DNA of 64,000 nucleotides from assembly GCF_009914755.1 (NCBI RefSeq), contig NC_060926.1. One strand, 5' to 3'. Made by a program: the position numbers and the translations under genes. The notes beneath the pieces are model-generated. The model was not told where the DNA came from. It made no database searches and saw only the letters and a list, made by a program, of their open reading frames with translations. Shown here piece after piece: positions 12,111 through 24,710 of the stretch. How positions within the stretch are numbered: position 1 is the first letter of the stretch; each line of letters starts with the position of its first letter. The DNA is from the human T2T-CHM13v2.0 reference genome, Homo sapiens.

Positions 12111-14833
12111 CCTTCCCTTAAAATCCTATGTCTTTCTAATATAGAGAAAGACAACATCATATGCAATGAGCAACAGAACACGAGTAGCCTTTTTTTTTTT
12201 TTTTCCACCATGGAAAGCCTTGGTTTCTAAAAATGCATTGCATGAGACCTTTGTAATTATGCAGAAGACAGCTGGTTATTCTCAGTTTTCCCTGAGGAAA
12301 GAATGGGAGATAATAAACTTCAACCATACTTGTGACATTTAGATTACTGGGAAATAATCTTTAGAAGTATTGGGCTTCTAGAAGTATTAGGCAACAAGAG
12401 CTTTTAGAGTCAACTATGGATGAGGACCTTCAGGGGATTATCACCTTAAAAATCCTGGATCATTTCTCACTTACTGGTATTACTCATGCACACCCCTCCT
12501 AGCTTGAAAGCAAGAGAAAGTCTAAGGAGACTGCTCAGCAGCTTGCAGCACTGTAAATTTATGTGCAGGCACTTTCAAAACAACTTCAGAAAACAGATTT
12601 CCCTTTCAACTTACTTGTTTTTTTCATTTAGTGTATTCTATCAGAGCAAGTCCAAGACAAAAGCTTTCCCAAGAGAAAAGCTGAGATAAGGAATAATGTA
12701 TTCGGTGAAAATATGTAAGATTTATTCTAGGTTTATCATTCAGACCAAACCTAGTATCTATAAATTATCCACATTTCCCCCTAAATTTTATATCATCACA
12801 AATGTACATCAAAACAGGTATTCCTTTTTAATTGTCGTGAAATATGTTATCTCAGGCAAGTGTAATAACTTGAAAAATATTCATGATACTTAATTACTTT
12901 TGTTCTTTAATTCATTTAACTTCCCTCTGAGGGTGTTAGCATTTCCTAGTATTTCAGAACAATGGTTTACAAGTTGTCTTCCACAGCAATATCACGTTCC
13001 CATGTAGGAATCCCTATGGACATGATTAGTTTAGATATAAATGAGGTTTATCAGGAATAATTCCCAGATAACTAGCTCTAGCCTATCCTATTCTCACAGT
13101 AATTGTCATATCCAGTGCTCCAGATACCACAAGAGACAAATGCCCTTTTACATTGCTATCAAGGGCCAGTATTCTACATTTATGTTTAGATTAAGTTGGC
13201 TAAACTTTTGTATCAGTGTAAGTGCTAACACTGACGTTTTACAGAAGAGCTTGCATTTTAGTTGCATATGTATTAAATGATTTGGAGACTATTTTAATTA
13301 CTAAGATGCTTTGTTGAGAGATTATTTTGATACATTTACTTCGGGGTAAAGTTGAGCTGTGTGCCCTCTGAGTCAATATTAAGAAAGGAGAGAAGAGGGG
13401 ATTTGATATTGTCAGGATAAACTAAAAAGGAAAGAAGAAACTTGGTTGGGGCAAGGATAGTGGGGTGGGGGAAATGGTGAAGGGTCAGTTAAAAAGCCAG
13501 TGGTGGCTACATGGCTGGGAAAGAACTTTGGTGAGTAGATGTGTCTAGCACTATTTTTTTATGTGGTTGATTTGAGGTGTGAAAAATTAGCTTCCACCCC
13601 TTTCCTTTGTAGAGGATGATCACTGGTAAATTATGTGTGACTCACTGATGCTTTTGTGGAAGTGAATTCTCTTTGGAGAGCTTAAACAGAAAAATGAAGA
13701 AGCAGTTAACATCTAGGTTTTCGAAGTATATACTCAGAGATCAACATCTTTGAAGAAAGATATACAAAGCCATTAATTTCTCTAGAGAGTGCTTCATCAT
13801 GCCCCATGAGTTTATAATTCTTCAAGGCCTAGGTCAAGGTCTATTTTCTCCAAGAAACTGTTTCTGATTATCCATCCCTCGGTGATCTTCCTCCCTTATG
13901 TAACCCTACAATTCTCACCTCCTGTGCCTTTTAATTTAGCATCTAATACTGTAATTCATAAAAGGCCTAATCAAAATAGATTAAAAAAAACAGACAATGG
14001 AATAAAATTCAGACCAAAGCCTAGCAACCATCTTATTCATTCTGCATCGGTACTGGCTGGTGACAGCTTACACCACCTGCTATACAATGATGCAATCCAA
14101 TGTGCGAGAATCTTTTTTTGTTACACCTTTACATGTGCTTTCAGGTGTTTTGGTTACAGCTATGGGTATCAGAATTTTATTGATGGGTGAGCATTTTCTT
14201 TTCCTAAGACCTAAAAGTAGCAGGGGAAAAGGCTCAGCATGTTTTACCCAAATAGATTTTTTTTTTTTCCGAATGGATAAAGACAAACTTTGGAGCCAAA
14301 TGCTTCATTGTTTGTGCATAAATCTCAACAGGCTGGTTGAATTAAGCTCTACATATTCATCAACAGGCATTGCCAATAAAGACACAAATACAACAAATTA
14401 ATATTTTTCAAAACTCTGTGTCTTCAGAAAATTTCTATGAGGCTTTGATGAACAAAACACAAACATAAGAAGCACCACCATTGTCTCACTGTTTGGGCGC
14501 AATCATTCTCAAGGACATCTGTGCTGATTCCTTTTCAAACTTGGATGGCTGCTATCTGAATCAGGCCCAGATGCTTTTGTTGGAAAAAAAAATCTGAATT
14601 TTGGGGTTTTCATTTAAGTTGAGTAACAGCTTTCTCCACTCAAACATGCAATTTATTTTACAGTGTGAGATTAATAGCAATAATTGCCTGGGAAATAAAG
14701 AAGTCTTGAAGAAAAATACCACATATCAAAAGGCTACTTAAAAAAAAAATGCGGGTCTTTGCTCAAGCAATGAAGCTATGCTTCTTATTTGCAAATCATT
14801 CTATTATAACTTCAGTCATACTATGCAGACTAC

Positions 14834-14884
14834 TTTAAACATCTGAAATTTAACATCTGAAATTTAAACATCTGAAAATTTTAA
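14834..14884. repeat. Minisatellite, ~15-bp unit x3 (TTTAAACATCTGAAA)
   Basis: Three adjacent copies differing only in A-run length. Confidence 0.9.
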
Positions 14885-15940
14885 GTTTTTAAATGAAAAA
14901 TCAGGAGGGTTGATATTAGGCTTGTAAATGTAATATTTGCATTTACATATTTCTATATAAAATTGCACAATTTTATCTAGAACAGAACCCACCTGGCAGT
15001 CTTAACACAATAATTATTTGCCTAGGGGCCCAGAAAGTGGCCATCAGTAGAGATTCAATTTTTCTGAGATGAAACTATTGAGTGAAGTGCATTCCCTCCT
15101 TGATAGGAAGCCCAACTGAGAGATAAAGTTTTGATGGATTCATTAACAGCCCGGCCTGTAAATCTCATCTCCACTGAGATTTTAAAGCAAATGGCATTAT
15201 TCTTTCATTATGCTGAGGCCCTTACTACCCTGTTCCGAGTTGGTATTTGAACCTAACGGCCTAAGAATATTTATAAAGTGAAGAAAAGTAAGGGTACATT
15301 TTTTTTTCCTTTATTTTTTCCCTCAAGGCTTGTCTCACAAGTGCAATTACCTGGCTCTGGGTCCAGGAAAGCCAGGTCTCAGCATACAGAATACATTCAC
15401 ACTGTGTCTTCCAGCAACCCACCAGACCTCTGCATTTCCCAAACCACAGTACTTCTCAAACCAGCACACCTTGGCAGTGCTAGGGGGCAGTGCACAGAAG
15501 CCAGATTTGGCAAGAGAGAAAAGGGAAAATATTTAAGTGTCAATGTAAAGCCACAGTACACTGCATGATTTTATTCAGCTCATAAAAGGGTTATTTCTAG
15601 GAGAAGTAAGGAATTCTGCAAACATATAAGACAAAATCAGAATGAAATGATTATTCAAAGAAACAGAAGGGGTGCAAAAAAAAGAGATGTCTCCTAAGTC
15701 TTTTTTGAGGGGAAAAGGGAGAAATCTAATAAATCTAACAGAAATGTTTACAGGTTGGTTACAGGTATTTTTTTTTTTTTTGACAGATGAACACATTGGA
15801 AAGGTGGTCTGGGACAGATGTCAACAAAAGGGTTTGCCAGTATAATGACTGCAAGGTGCAACTACAGAGTACCCACAGTTCTCCATCTCAAGTAAATCAA
15901 TTCAGCCTTGAGAAACTACTTTGACAATTATAAATATAAA

Positions 15941-16028
15941 TATATACACACACGCACATATTATATACACACACACATTATATACACACACACAATTATG
16001 TTTGTGTGTGTGTGTGTGTGTGTGTGTG
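15941..16028. repeat. Compound microsatellite: (TA/CA) blocks followed by (TG)13
   Basis: Read directly. ~17-bp unit ATTATATACACACACAC repeated, then a TG run. Confidence 0.9.
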
Positions 16029-16844
16029 CAAAATACCCAGAATGTCACTTCCCTCCCCAAACTGATATCTGTATACATTTCTATGTTGTATTGGATACAT
16101 ATTTATAAATTCAAAATTTGGAGATACATATTTATGGATAAATACCTATCTCTTTGTAAACTACAGGCACCAATATAGCAGTTTTTAATCTTTTAAAATC
16201 TAGTTTAGCATGGAAAATTATCCTCATTCTTGTTCTTTCTGAAACCCTCTTACTTTATATCATAGTATTTTGATGAAAAAGAATACAAGAAGATCATAAC
16301 TCTCAATCAATCAACAATTATTTGGTGGTGACCAGTAATCTGATCAGCCTTGTGCCAGTTGCTTTGTTGATAAAAGGACTCAAAACCACTGTCCTGACAT
16401 AAACAAGATAACAACATCAGAAAAAAAAAAAATTGTGAGGTATGTCACTTATCTTTCTGGGTCTCTACTTGCTTGATTTTTAAGAATCATATACAAATAA
16501 CAGCAGCCTCGTATTTTTATTCTGTTTATAGAAATCAGAGATTATATATGATTTTAGAGAAGGGAGAAATTAGAAAAAACTCTGTGGTTTGAGGTGCGAC
16601 CTGCAGAGGTCCTGACATGTGGAAGGGTTGGGGCGAAAAGATGAAAGGTGAAAGGTCATTTCTGACCAGGAAAACAACACATTGCAGAGGCACAGATCTG
16701 GAATTTGTATAGGGCATGTGGGCACTTGGGAAGAGGACATTAACCAGCTCTTATGGAAAGGAGTAGTTTGCAGAGGCAAGGCTGAGTCAGGCAGAGGTAG
16801 TCCTAGAAAGCCACACAGGAGTTTAGTTTGGATGCATGGGCAAG

Positions 16845-16965
16845 TCATGCATCCATTCATTCTACATTCACTGCTCATTTCCTGAGTTCTTCCTCTGTGC
16901 CAGGCCATACTGAAAAGCGATGACCCAGAGTGAGAGAGGATAGGCATGGTCCCAGACCACATGAA
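16845..16965 (-). mobile_element. L2 3' fragment
   Basis: tcatgcatccattcattc...cctctgtgccaggccatactg...ggcatggtccc. Confidence 0.5.
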
Positions 16966-17384
16966 GTAGAATCTAAGACTAAAGTGCCAGATTTAAAACT
17001 GTATATAAGTGAAGAGTCTTCACATTCAACATGACATACTTATAAAGATTTTAAAAAGGTCTTTGATGTTTCATAGTATCTAACGTTGTTGCCTAGTTCT
17101 CTCAAAGCATAATTAAAAATGTGATTCTCTTGACATGTTATAAGCAATAAAATTTGGGGAGAGGAGGGGATTTCTAGATGTCAAAGTAAGTATAAATGGG
17201 CATAGACATGATTAGGTTAGGCTGAAAGGTTGGTTGGTCATTGTTTACAGTTGGTGGTAGAACATGCCAAGTTAGATGAGTCCCAAAGAGATTTTATAGC
17301 TATGAGATATCATCTTGTGTGTTCCTGGCTTTCAGATTGGTACTTGTCACCATGGAATTCTAGAGCAGCAAGGAAGTGCAGATC

Positions 17385-17539
17385 TTATTATTTTGAGACA
17401 GAGTCTCTCTGTCTCTCAACCTGGAGTGCAGTGAGATGACCATAGCTCACTGTAGCCTCCATCTTCTGGGCTCAAGCCATCCTCCCACCTCGGCCTTCCA
17501 AAGTATTGGGATTACAGGCATGCGCCACCACACCCAGCT
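17385..17539 (-). mobile_element. Alu monomer (FRAM-like or internally deleted AluJ)
   Basis: ~155 bp. Right-arm 3' portion (ggagtgcagtg...catagctcactgtagcctcc) joined to a left-arm-type 5' portion (ccaaagtattgggattacaggc). Confidence 0.85.
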
Positions 17540-18081
17540 GCCGTACTTTATTTAGTTTCAAACTCTATTTTCTGAATGATGAAGGTGGAATTCAAATTGG
17601 TCAAGGATTTTACTAAAGCCACACAGCTGGTTAGTTGGCAAATCCTGAGCTAAAAATAATGTATACTGATTCGTATAACCACCCCCACCTTTACCAAGTT
17701 TGAGATCAGATTTTAAGAGGATGCTGCAATCTCTATTCTCTTCATAACCAGAGGAGCGTTTAGTCCATGGTCCTGGTTCCCACAGTCAAACTCTTTTGGA
17801 TCTATAATTTATTTGTGAATGAAAACAAGCCATTACAAAGTGGCAATAAAGCAAATGTAGGGTGTGGCTATAGCAATAATTAATCATAATCTCAGGTCCC
17901 AGGTGGTTCATCTTGAGCTGATATTTTTTTCCTACTGTTTGTGACATGATGAAGATATAAATAGATTTTAAGTTTAAATGGAAAGCAAATCCATTTCTCT
18001 AGCAGTTATAAGTGTATTAATAGATTGTTTAGTCACTCGAACATGTTTATAATCTGTTATTTTCTTAAGAAATACTCTCAG

Positions 18082-18382
18082 GGCTGGGTGCAGTGGCTCA
18101 CACCTGTAATCCCAGCAATTTGGGAGGCTGAGGTGGGCAGATTACCTGAGGTCACGAGTTCAAGACCAGCCTGGCCAACATGGTGAAACCCTGTCTCCAC
18201 TAAAAATAAAAAAATCAGCCAGGAATGGTGGTGGGCGCCTGTATTCCCAGCTACATGGGAGGCTGAGGCAGGAGAATTGTTTGAACCAGGGAGGCAGAGG
18301 TTTCAGTGAGCAGAGATTGTGCCACTGCACTCTAGCCTAGAGGACAAGAGCGAGATTCCATCTCAAAAAAAAAAAAAAAAAA
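18082..18382 (+). mobile_element. AluS (Sq-like)
   Basis: Full dimer, acctgaggtc.cgagttcaagaccagcctggccaac, gacaagagcgag diagnostic, A18 tail. Confidence 0.93.
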
Positions 18383-18684
18383 TTCATGCTAGTATAGTAG
18401 GAATCAGTTGCAGAGTCAGGGAAGCTAAGCTTTGCAAGAAACCTTGGACCATTTTTATTCAGTGGTATCATAAATTTATTTGGAGGTACGATACTTTAGA
18501 ATACACATATACACACACAAAACACATTTGCTTATTATGTCAGGGGGTTCCTACATCTTTTGAAGTCTCTCTTCAGACCCACCCTTAGCTAAGAAAACTG
18601 ATTTGGTGCAGTCATTTAACTTGGTACATGGATACATTTCTTTCAGCATTAAGTGGTCTAAGGTCAACTCATGTGTAGGAAGGT

Positions 18685-19040
18685 CCTGAGTCAGGAAAGG
18701 AGGAATACTAGACACATCATGTTCATTTCAGGTCCAATCCCATTGCAACGCTGGGCAAGATAACTTACAGTCTTTGGCCCTCAGGTTCTTCCTCTGTAAA
18801 AAAGATAAATGATCACAGTAGTACATGACTGCTGTTTATTGAGTACCTACTGTGTTAATGCTAGGCACTTTACATATTTGCTTTCAATTACTGCTAATAT
18901 CAATATTTTGTAGTAGACATGAATCACCTTTTCACAGATGAGAAAACCAAGGATTAGAAATGGAAATGTGCCTCATATCACGAAGTAAAAAGATCCAGGA
19001 TTTGTACCATTTGTCTCCAAAATGCATGTCCTTCTCTATG
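18685..19040. mobile_element. Two MIR fragments in opposite orientation (about 18685-18820 +, 18830-19040 -)
   Basis: ctgggcaagataactta...ggccctcaggttcttcctctgtaaaa, then tttattgagtacctactgtg...ttttcacagatgagaaaaccaagg. Confidence 0.6.
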
Positions 19041-20334
19041 ATATGGAAATTCCTACTTGTAAGGAATAAGGCAGCCTCATTTATCTGCCTACGTGAAAAG
19101 AGCCTTCAAAATAATATTATAAAAACCAGAGTTTCATATCAATGTGATATAGTTGAGCATTTTTATAATTCTAGAGAACAGAATGAGGCAGGAATGAGAG
19201 GGAATATGAAGAAAAGGATAACAGGATAACATTCTTTATGATGGGGTACCTGATTTTTGGTGTCACTGACTATCATATTTGGTAAGGTAGTTTATAAAGG
19301 GGTTTAGAAAGTTACACTAACAGCTTAGAAGTCCAATAATATTTTCCTTCTAAAGTATTCAAAGAAAGAACAATGAGATAACTTTAAGGAGAGTAAACTG
19401 GCTTTTCAGATGAACTTTCTGAAATGATTATCAAAAAGAGCTCTAGTTTTCTTATGTCTAAGATAAATTATTACACCACCGCAGCAATTTCAGGTCTGGA
19501 CTGCTTCCTGAGTGTAGCCCCAAATAAAGGTCCTCAAGACACTTCCAAATATGCAAATCAGCTGAGTGGGTTTGTGTGTGTGTTAAACTGTATTGAGTTT
19601 CAGAGTAAACCTGCTTCAGAGTCAGCTAGGGAAACAAACCACAGTTTGATTTTAGCAGAGTGAAGGACAAGCACAGTCCATCCCCTTTCACACCCCATAG
19701 CTTCACCAGGTATCAGCACACAGCCCTTTAAAGATTAAGCTCTAAATGGCCACACTTTTTGAGACTTTAATAAAAAAGCTTTTTACAGTATTTCTCCTAA
19801 AAATGTCTGAAAACAATTTGTTTTCTTGAAGCCAAAGCACAGAACTACAGCTTCCCCTCCTCTCCCTATTATTGTGATTTCCAAATGAATGGCATTGAGT
19901 TGATTGTTTATCATGCTGGATAATGGCTTAATTTATTACAGAAACCCTAGTCAGACATTAAAAAACTGTAAAAGCCCACTGATCTACCAAATCCTTTTGA
20001 GACATAGGGCCTATGCGCATTAAAAACCTGCTAGACCATGGTGAGCCTATGAGATAGGAAACTTTTTTGTCTCATTAGCACCAGGATTTAAAAATACAGC
20101 ACCTCCTCAGGTTGAAATGCCAAGCTTGAGACTGCTGTGTGCAGCTGGGTGTAGAGGACACCTGGATAAGTCTTAATGGTGTGTAAACAGCAGGATTAGT
20201 GTTTCTGAGTCTCCGCTGTGCAGAGATTTTCCGTTGGCTTACTCAATTTACACACAAAAGGTCTTAGGTTCCTTTGGGAAAAAAGTCCAGCTAGACAAAG
20301 AAAGGACAGAGGACCTTTTCCTTTCACAGGGTAT

Positions 20335-20460
20335 TTGGATTCATGCATGCATTCATCCATTTAAGAAATCTTTCCCAAAACATCAACTAAGACCCAGGTA
20401 CTGTGCTAGGTATACAGTGGTAAGCAAAATCAGACATGTATCTGATCATCATAAAAGCTA
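20335..20460 (-). mobile_element. L2 3' fragment
   Basis: attcatgcatgcattcatccatt...ccaggtactgtgctaggtatacagtggtaagcaaaatcagacatg. Confidence 0.55.
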
Positions 20461-20974
20461 AAAAAGCTGTGGGTCAAACACACACATGAACTTCAGCCTG
20501 ATTTCAAGCTCCCTGAATTTATAGGAATGTCTTATTTATCTTTTCATTTTCCAAGAGACTAGCAGAGTGACTTATAAATAATAGGTGACTAATACACATA
20601 AAGGTAATGGAAGTTTTTAAACAAAGTGTGTATGATTAGTTTTAAAGTAGTAATAATAACAACCATTGTCATTTATTGAAACCATACTATGCAGCAAGCA
20701 CTGATTACTCGAAATAATCTTGAAATAAATTGATAGGAGACATTTAAAAATCTATGTAGAACCCACAACCCCCCATAATACTGCCATATCACAAAAAATA
20801 TTCATTTCTCCTGCGAAGCTGAAGGCATTAAGATGCTGTGTGTACTGATTTTTAAGAAAGTGTCCCAAAATCTCTGGGCCTTTTCCAAATGCCTATGTGA
20901 ACAGAGGAGAAATTTGCAGTATCTGTGAGACGTCCTTTGAAACTTGGTTTTTGATGAGTGCACTGTGTCCAAAG

Positions 20975-21134
20975 CAGTGGTTTTCAGGTATCAAGAAGCA
21001 CCCGGAAGAACTGTTATAACACAAATTGCTGTGCTACATCTCCAGAGATTCAGCAAGTCCAGGGTGGGGCCTTTCTAACAAGTTCTCAGGGAAGGTCGAT
21101 GCTGACAGTGTAGGGATCACATTTTGATAACCTG
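20975..21134. mobile_element. MER5A hAT-Charlie MITE
   Basis: cagtggttttca...acacaaattgctg...gggtggggcc...tttctaacaagttctcagg...gatcacattttgataacctg, with TIR-like ends. Confidence 0.7.
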
Positions 21135-21741
21135 CCTTTATAGGATTTCAGTTTCAAAGTCTGAGTCCTACTATGAGAAGGCTCTCTTTAAGAATGTATA
21201 AGAGGAAAAGAGTGCGTGTGTGTGTATGCGGTGAGGGGGAGAAAAATGAATGGATGAAGGCCTCAGAAAACTCTCTGTGGTTCACCTCCATCCCAGAATG
21301 AGCAATTGTAGTTCTAGGGTCTACAGACAGGTGAAACGACAGAAGACAGCTAGGAACAGTGCAAGAAATATTCAGGTATTATCTTTCAGCTTGATTACTA
21401 GAGGATAAAGGGAAAGGAAGCTCTTAGACTAGAAATCCCTTGCTATCCTGTAATTTATATTTCATTACAAAACTAAAGAATAAAAGTAGTCTTATCCAGA
21501 GAGGGGAAGTCAGTCCAAATTCTGGAGATTCCTAAAATTAGTGTGTGTCTCTGTGTGTTAAATCATCCCAGTTTTATAAAAAAGGAATTGAGGCTCAAAG
21601 AGGTCATTTTGGAGGATCTCCAGGATCAAAAAGGAAGAACACCAAAAGCTGAGTCTGGTCCAGGTCTCTCTGGTTCCAGAGTGTATTTACCCATTGGAAT
21701 TATTCTGTCTCTGCCTTCTCTAAGTGGCTCCAAATATATAA

Positions 21742-21742
<1 letters not shown>

Positions 21743-21777
<35 letters not shown>
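21743..21777. repeat. (TG)17 microsatellite
   Basis: Perfect dinucleotide run. Confidence 0.97.
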
Positions 21778-21779
<2 letters not shown>

Positions 21780-21985
21780 TAGCACCTGGCACACAGTAAT
21801 TCCCAGTAAGCATTTGAAAGTTTTTTTTTTTTTTTTTTTTTTTTTTTGGTGGTGGGGGTAGTAGCACCTGGCACATAGTAATTACCAGTAAACATTTGAT
21901 AGTTTTTTTTTGGTGGTGGGGGGATGTACATACATCTACTATTAACTGCTTACTGGGAATGGGAATTACTATGTGCCAGGTGCTA
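21776..21985. repeat. Composite local repeat: two direct copies (21776-21857, 21858-21923) and one inverted copy (21939-21985)
   Basis: Core TAGCACCTGGCACA(c/t)AGTAATT(c/a)CCAGTAA(g/a)CA occurs twice on + and once as reverse complement. Confidence 0.92.
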
Positions 21986-22180
21986 GTCATATTTATATTA
22001 GCTCATTTAATCTTAAAAACAATCTGAGAAGGGGATCTTACAGAATCCCAATTGTATAGATAAGGAAATAGAGGATTAAATAAAGTCTCAGACCTTGGAG
22101 AACTTGCAAAAGAAAACAAACAACAAGGACAAAAAAACGAACTCCAAACCAATTTTACCTCAGAGCTAGAATTTTTCATG
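21939..22180 (-). mobile_element. MIR element
   Basis: ttactatgtgccaggtgcta...attagctcatttaatcttaaaaacaatc...atcccaattgtatagataaggaaatagagg. Confidence 0.65.
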
Positions 22181-24256
22181 TTTTTTCTTTCCTAATACCA
22201 GCTACCTCCCACCATTTGGCCAAATTGGTCTGTCTCTGGCTCTTTATTTAATTATGTTTCTACGGAATTAGATTATCAGTATCAAATTTAATATGTAAAT
22301 GAAATATCCAAGAATATAAAGATTTCTACTGTTGAATATCAATTATTAGAGAAAAATGTGAAGAGTTCCACCACATTGAAACTGTGGCTAATGGCCACAT
22401 TAGGGATGATTTATATCTATATTAGAGTTTCAGTTAATGTGAAATAAAATGTATCCTTAGTTTTTTCCATTCTCAAAATGAAATAAACCTGAATAAATTA
22501 TTATGAATTGTGTACTATCTTACGACAGCTTTTTGCAGTTAAATTGATTAATTGTTATTATCCAATGCTGAAATCATTTTCTTGTGATAACTGGGCAAGT
22601 GAGTTAAAATTTTCTAAGGAGACCAAAGGCAATCCACTCTGACACAAGGTGAATAGTTTTAAGCTAAAGGTGACTTCCTTGCAGTATCCATGGCTGTCAT
22701 GAAAGTAGATGTTAAAATATCAGATCTATTTACCCTCTTCTTACTTCACAAAACAGAATGAGTTATATAGTTATAATTTACACGCCTCTTTAAGGGCAAG
22801 TACAATGCCAGTGCTGGTCTGTACTGACATAGAGATAACACTGGTTAACAACGGAATGATTATATTATAAAAAGAAAGGACAAAAAAATTGGGTTAGTAT
22901 TAGAGTTTATGGAACTCAGAGAATGAGGCCAATTCATGCTACTCTGGAGAATTCCAACCAGCTACAAGCACACTTTCCTTAAGGAAAAAACAAAAACTGG
23001 GTTATAATTCATTAAACTTGGCTCCTTGAGGTCTGATGAGATGAGCACAGGGAACCTGCTCTCTTAGCACAATCACTACTAACTGACAATGTAGTCGAGA
23101 ACAGGGTCTGTTTCCATAATACTCTCTTAAGCTGTTTGCTCCCAATACTCTTTTAATAATAATGAAATAAACTACCTTCTCAATTTTTCATTTCAGTGCT
23201 AAAAGTTACTTATATAGTTTTCTAAGGAAGTTCACCATGAGCATTGAGTTTCAGAGGCATGTTGAACTTTCTTAGGACATCTCATGAGCTTTTTACTTTT
23301 GTTTTTTCACTTGATGCATAAAACCCCTAACAGATACAGAATATATTCTTCTTTAAACATTTCTAAGGGCCCTCTTCCCATCTCCTATGTAGTGACAGGG
23401 CAAAAACACTGAGTCCTAGATGCTCATGGCCCCTGATTAAGACCTGTGGTTGGGAATTCATGGGACCCTATTTAAACCACCTGCTTTGATGGCTCATTGA
23501 AATCAGAAGGAGATTTTTACTCTCTCACTGACACTGTATAAATGTTAGTTCACTACAGGGAAATGGTTGAGAGGGGACAGACGGAGAACTGTGAAGAAAT
23601 TAAAGGACCTTTAATGGATTAAAAACAAAAAGCCATTCTGCTCTCCAGGGTGCACATTTATTTAGTTAGATTTTCTTAAAAATATTCTCAAGCCTCCAAG
23701 TTCAATCGACCAGAATGACTTTAAAACCTTTTTTTTTTCCTGCTCCATTGGAGAGATATGCCTTTACATGATTACTTTAATGACAATTATCTATCAGGTA
23801 ATTGCAATGTAAAGCTAATATGTAAGTATGGCAGAACCTGTGAATTTTACAAGTCTAATGTCTCCAGGGTATTTTAAAAAGCACTTTGGCTACATTTTTA
23901 AATCTAACTAACCATTCCAACAGACATGGGAGTTACTACTCTTGGGCAACATTCAAAAGAATGGGTAAAGTTAAAAAGAGTAATTTTCTGAAGTATTTTT
24001 GACAGCAATTAATTTCACAGGGGATACATTCATATCCTAAATCTCCAGGAAAAAATTTTTTTCACTGTAGAACAAGATGCACTTTTTGAAGAGAAATTCC
24101 TTTACTAGAGTTTATACTTTATAATGACCTGAACTGTAGAAGAAATATAATTAAGTGGATTCATTACTATTTCTTTTAATAAGGTAACTTAATTGCATTT
24201 TCCCCAAACCGCAGAAAATTTACAGTTATTGTTCAGGCCTAAAAAGAAATACAGTT

Positions 24257-24297
24257 AATCAACCTATGTGTCCATCACTGGATGAATGGATAAACAA

Positions 24298-24334
<37 letters not shown>

Positions 24335-24710
24335 TACACACACACAGGAATACTATGCAGCCATAAAAAGAATGAAATCATATATTTTGCAGGAACATGG
24401 TTGGAACTGGAAGTCTTTATGTGAAACAATTCAGAAACAGAAAGTCAAATACTTCATGTTCTCACCTATAAGCGAAAGGTAAATAATGTGTATACATGGA
24501 CATAAAGTGTGGAATAATAGACACTGGTGACTGGGAAGGGTGGGATGGAGGGAGGGCGGGAGGGGGTGAACAATGAGAACTTACTTAAATGGGTACAGTG
24601 TACATTATTCAGGTGATGGTTATACTAAAAGCCCAGACTCCACCACTATGCAATATATCCCTGTACCAAAACTGCACTTGTGTTCCTTAAATTGATACAA
24701 ATAAAAAAAA
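24257..24710 (+). mobile_element. 5'-truncated L1 3' end (L1PB-type, L1PB4-like) with internal (AT)n
   Basis: ORF2 tail remnant (ggaatactatgcagccataaaaagaatgaaatc), G-rich 3'UTR tract, actaaaagcccagactccaccactatgcaatatatcc end, A tail. TSD aaaagaaatacag (24242-24254) / aaaagaattacag (24719-24731). Confidence 0.88.

Noticed and set aside
15475-15493. CTCF-like motif GTGCTAGGGGGCAGTG
   Set aside because: Lacks the highly conserved 5' CC of the core. Not supportable without ChIP data.
19550-19565. Octamer ATGCAAAT next to E-box CAGCTG, and scattered AP-1 TGASTCA sites
   Set aside because: Short motifs occur by chance several times in 64 kb. No independent support.
21776-21923. Repeat-spacer-repeat pattern resembling a CRISPR array (also 14834-14884, 40805-40851)
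   Set aside because: Only 2-3 units, spacers are not unique, eukaryotic context, no cas genes.
24532-24567. G4-forming tract (also ~50221-50255)
   Set aside because: Standard G-rich tract of LINE-1 3'UTRs, already explained by the L1 annotation.
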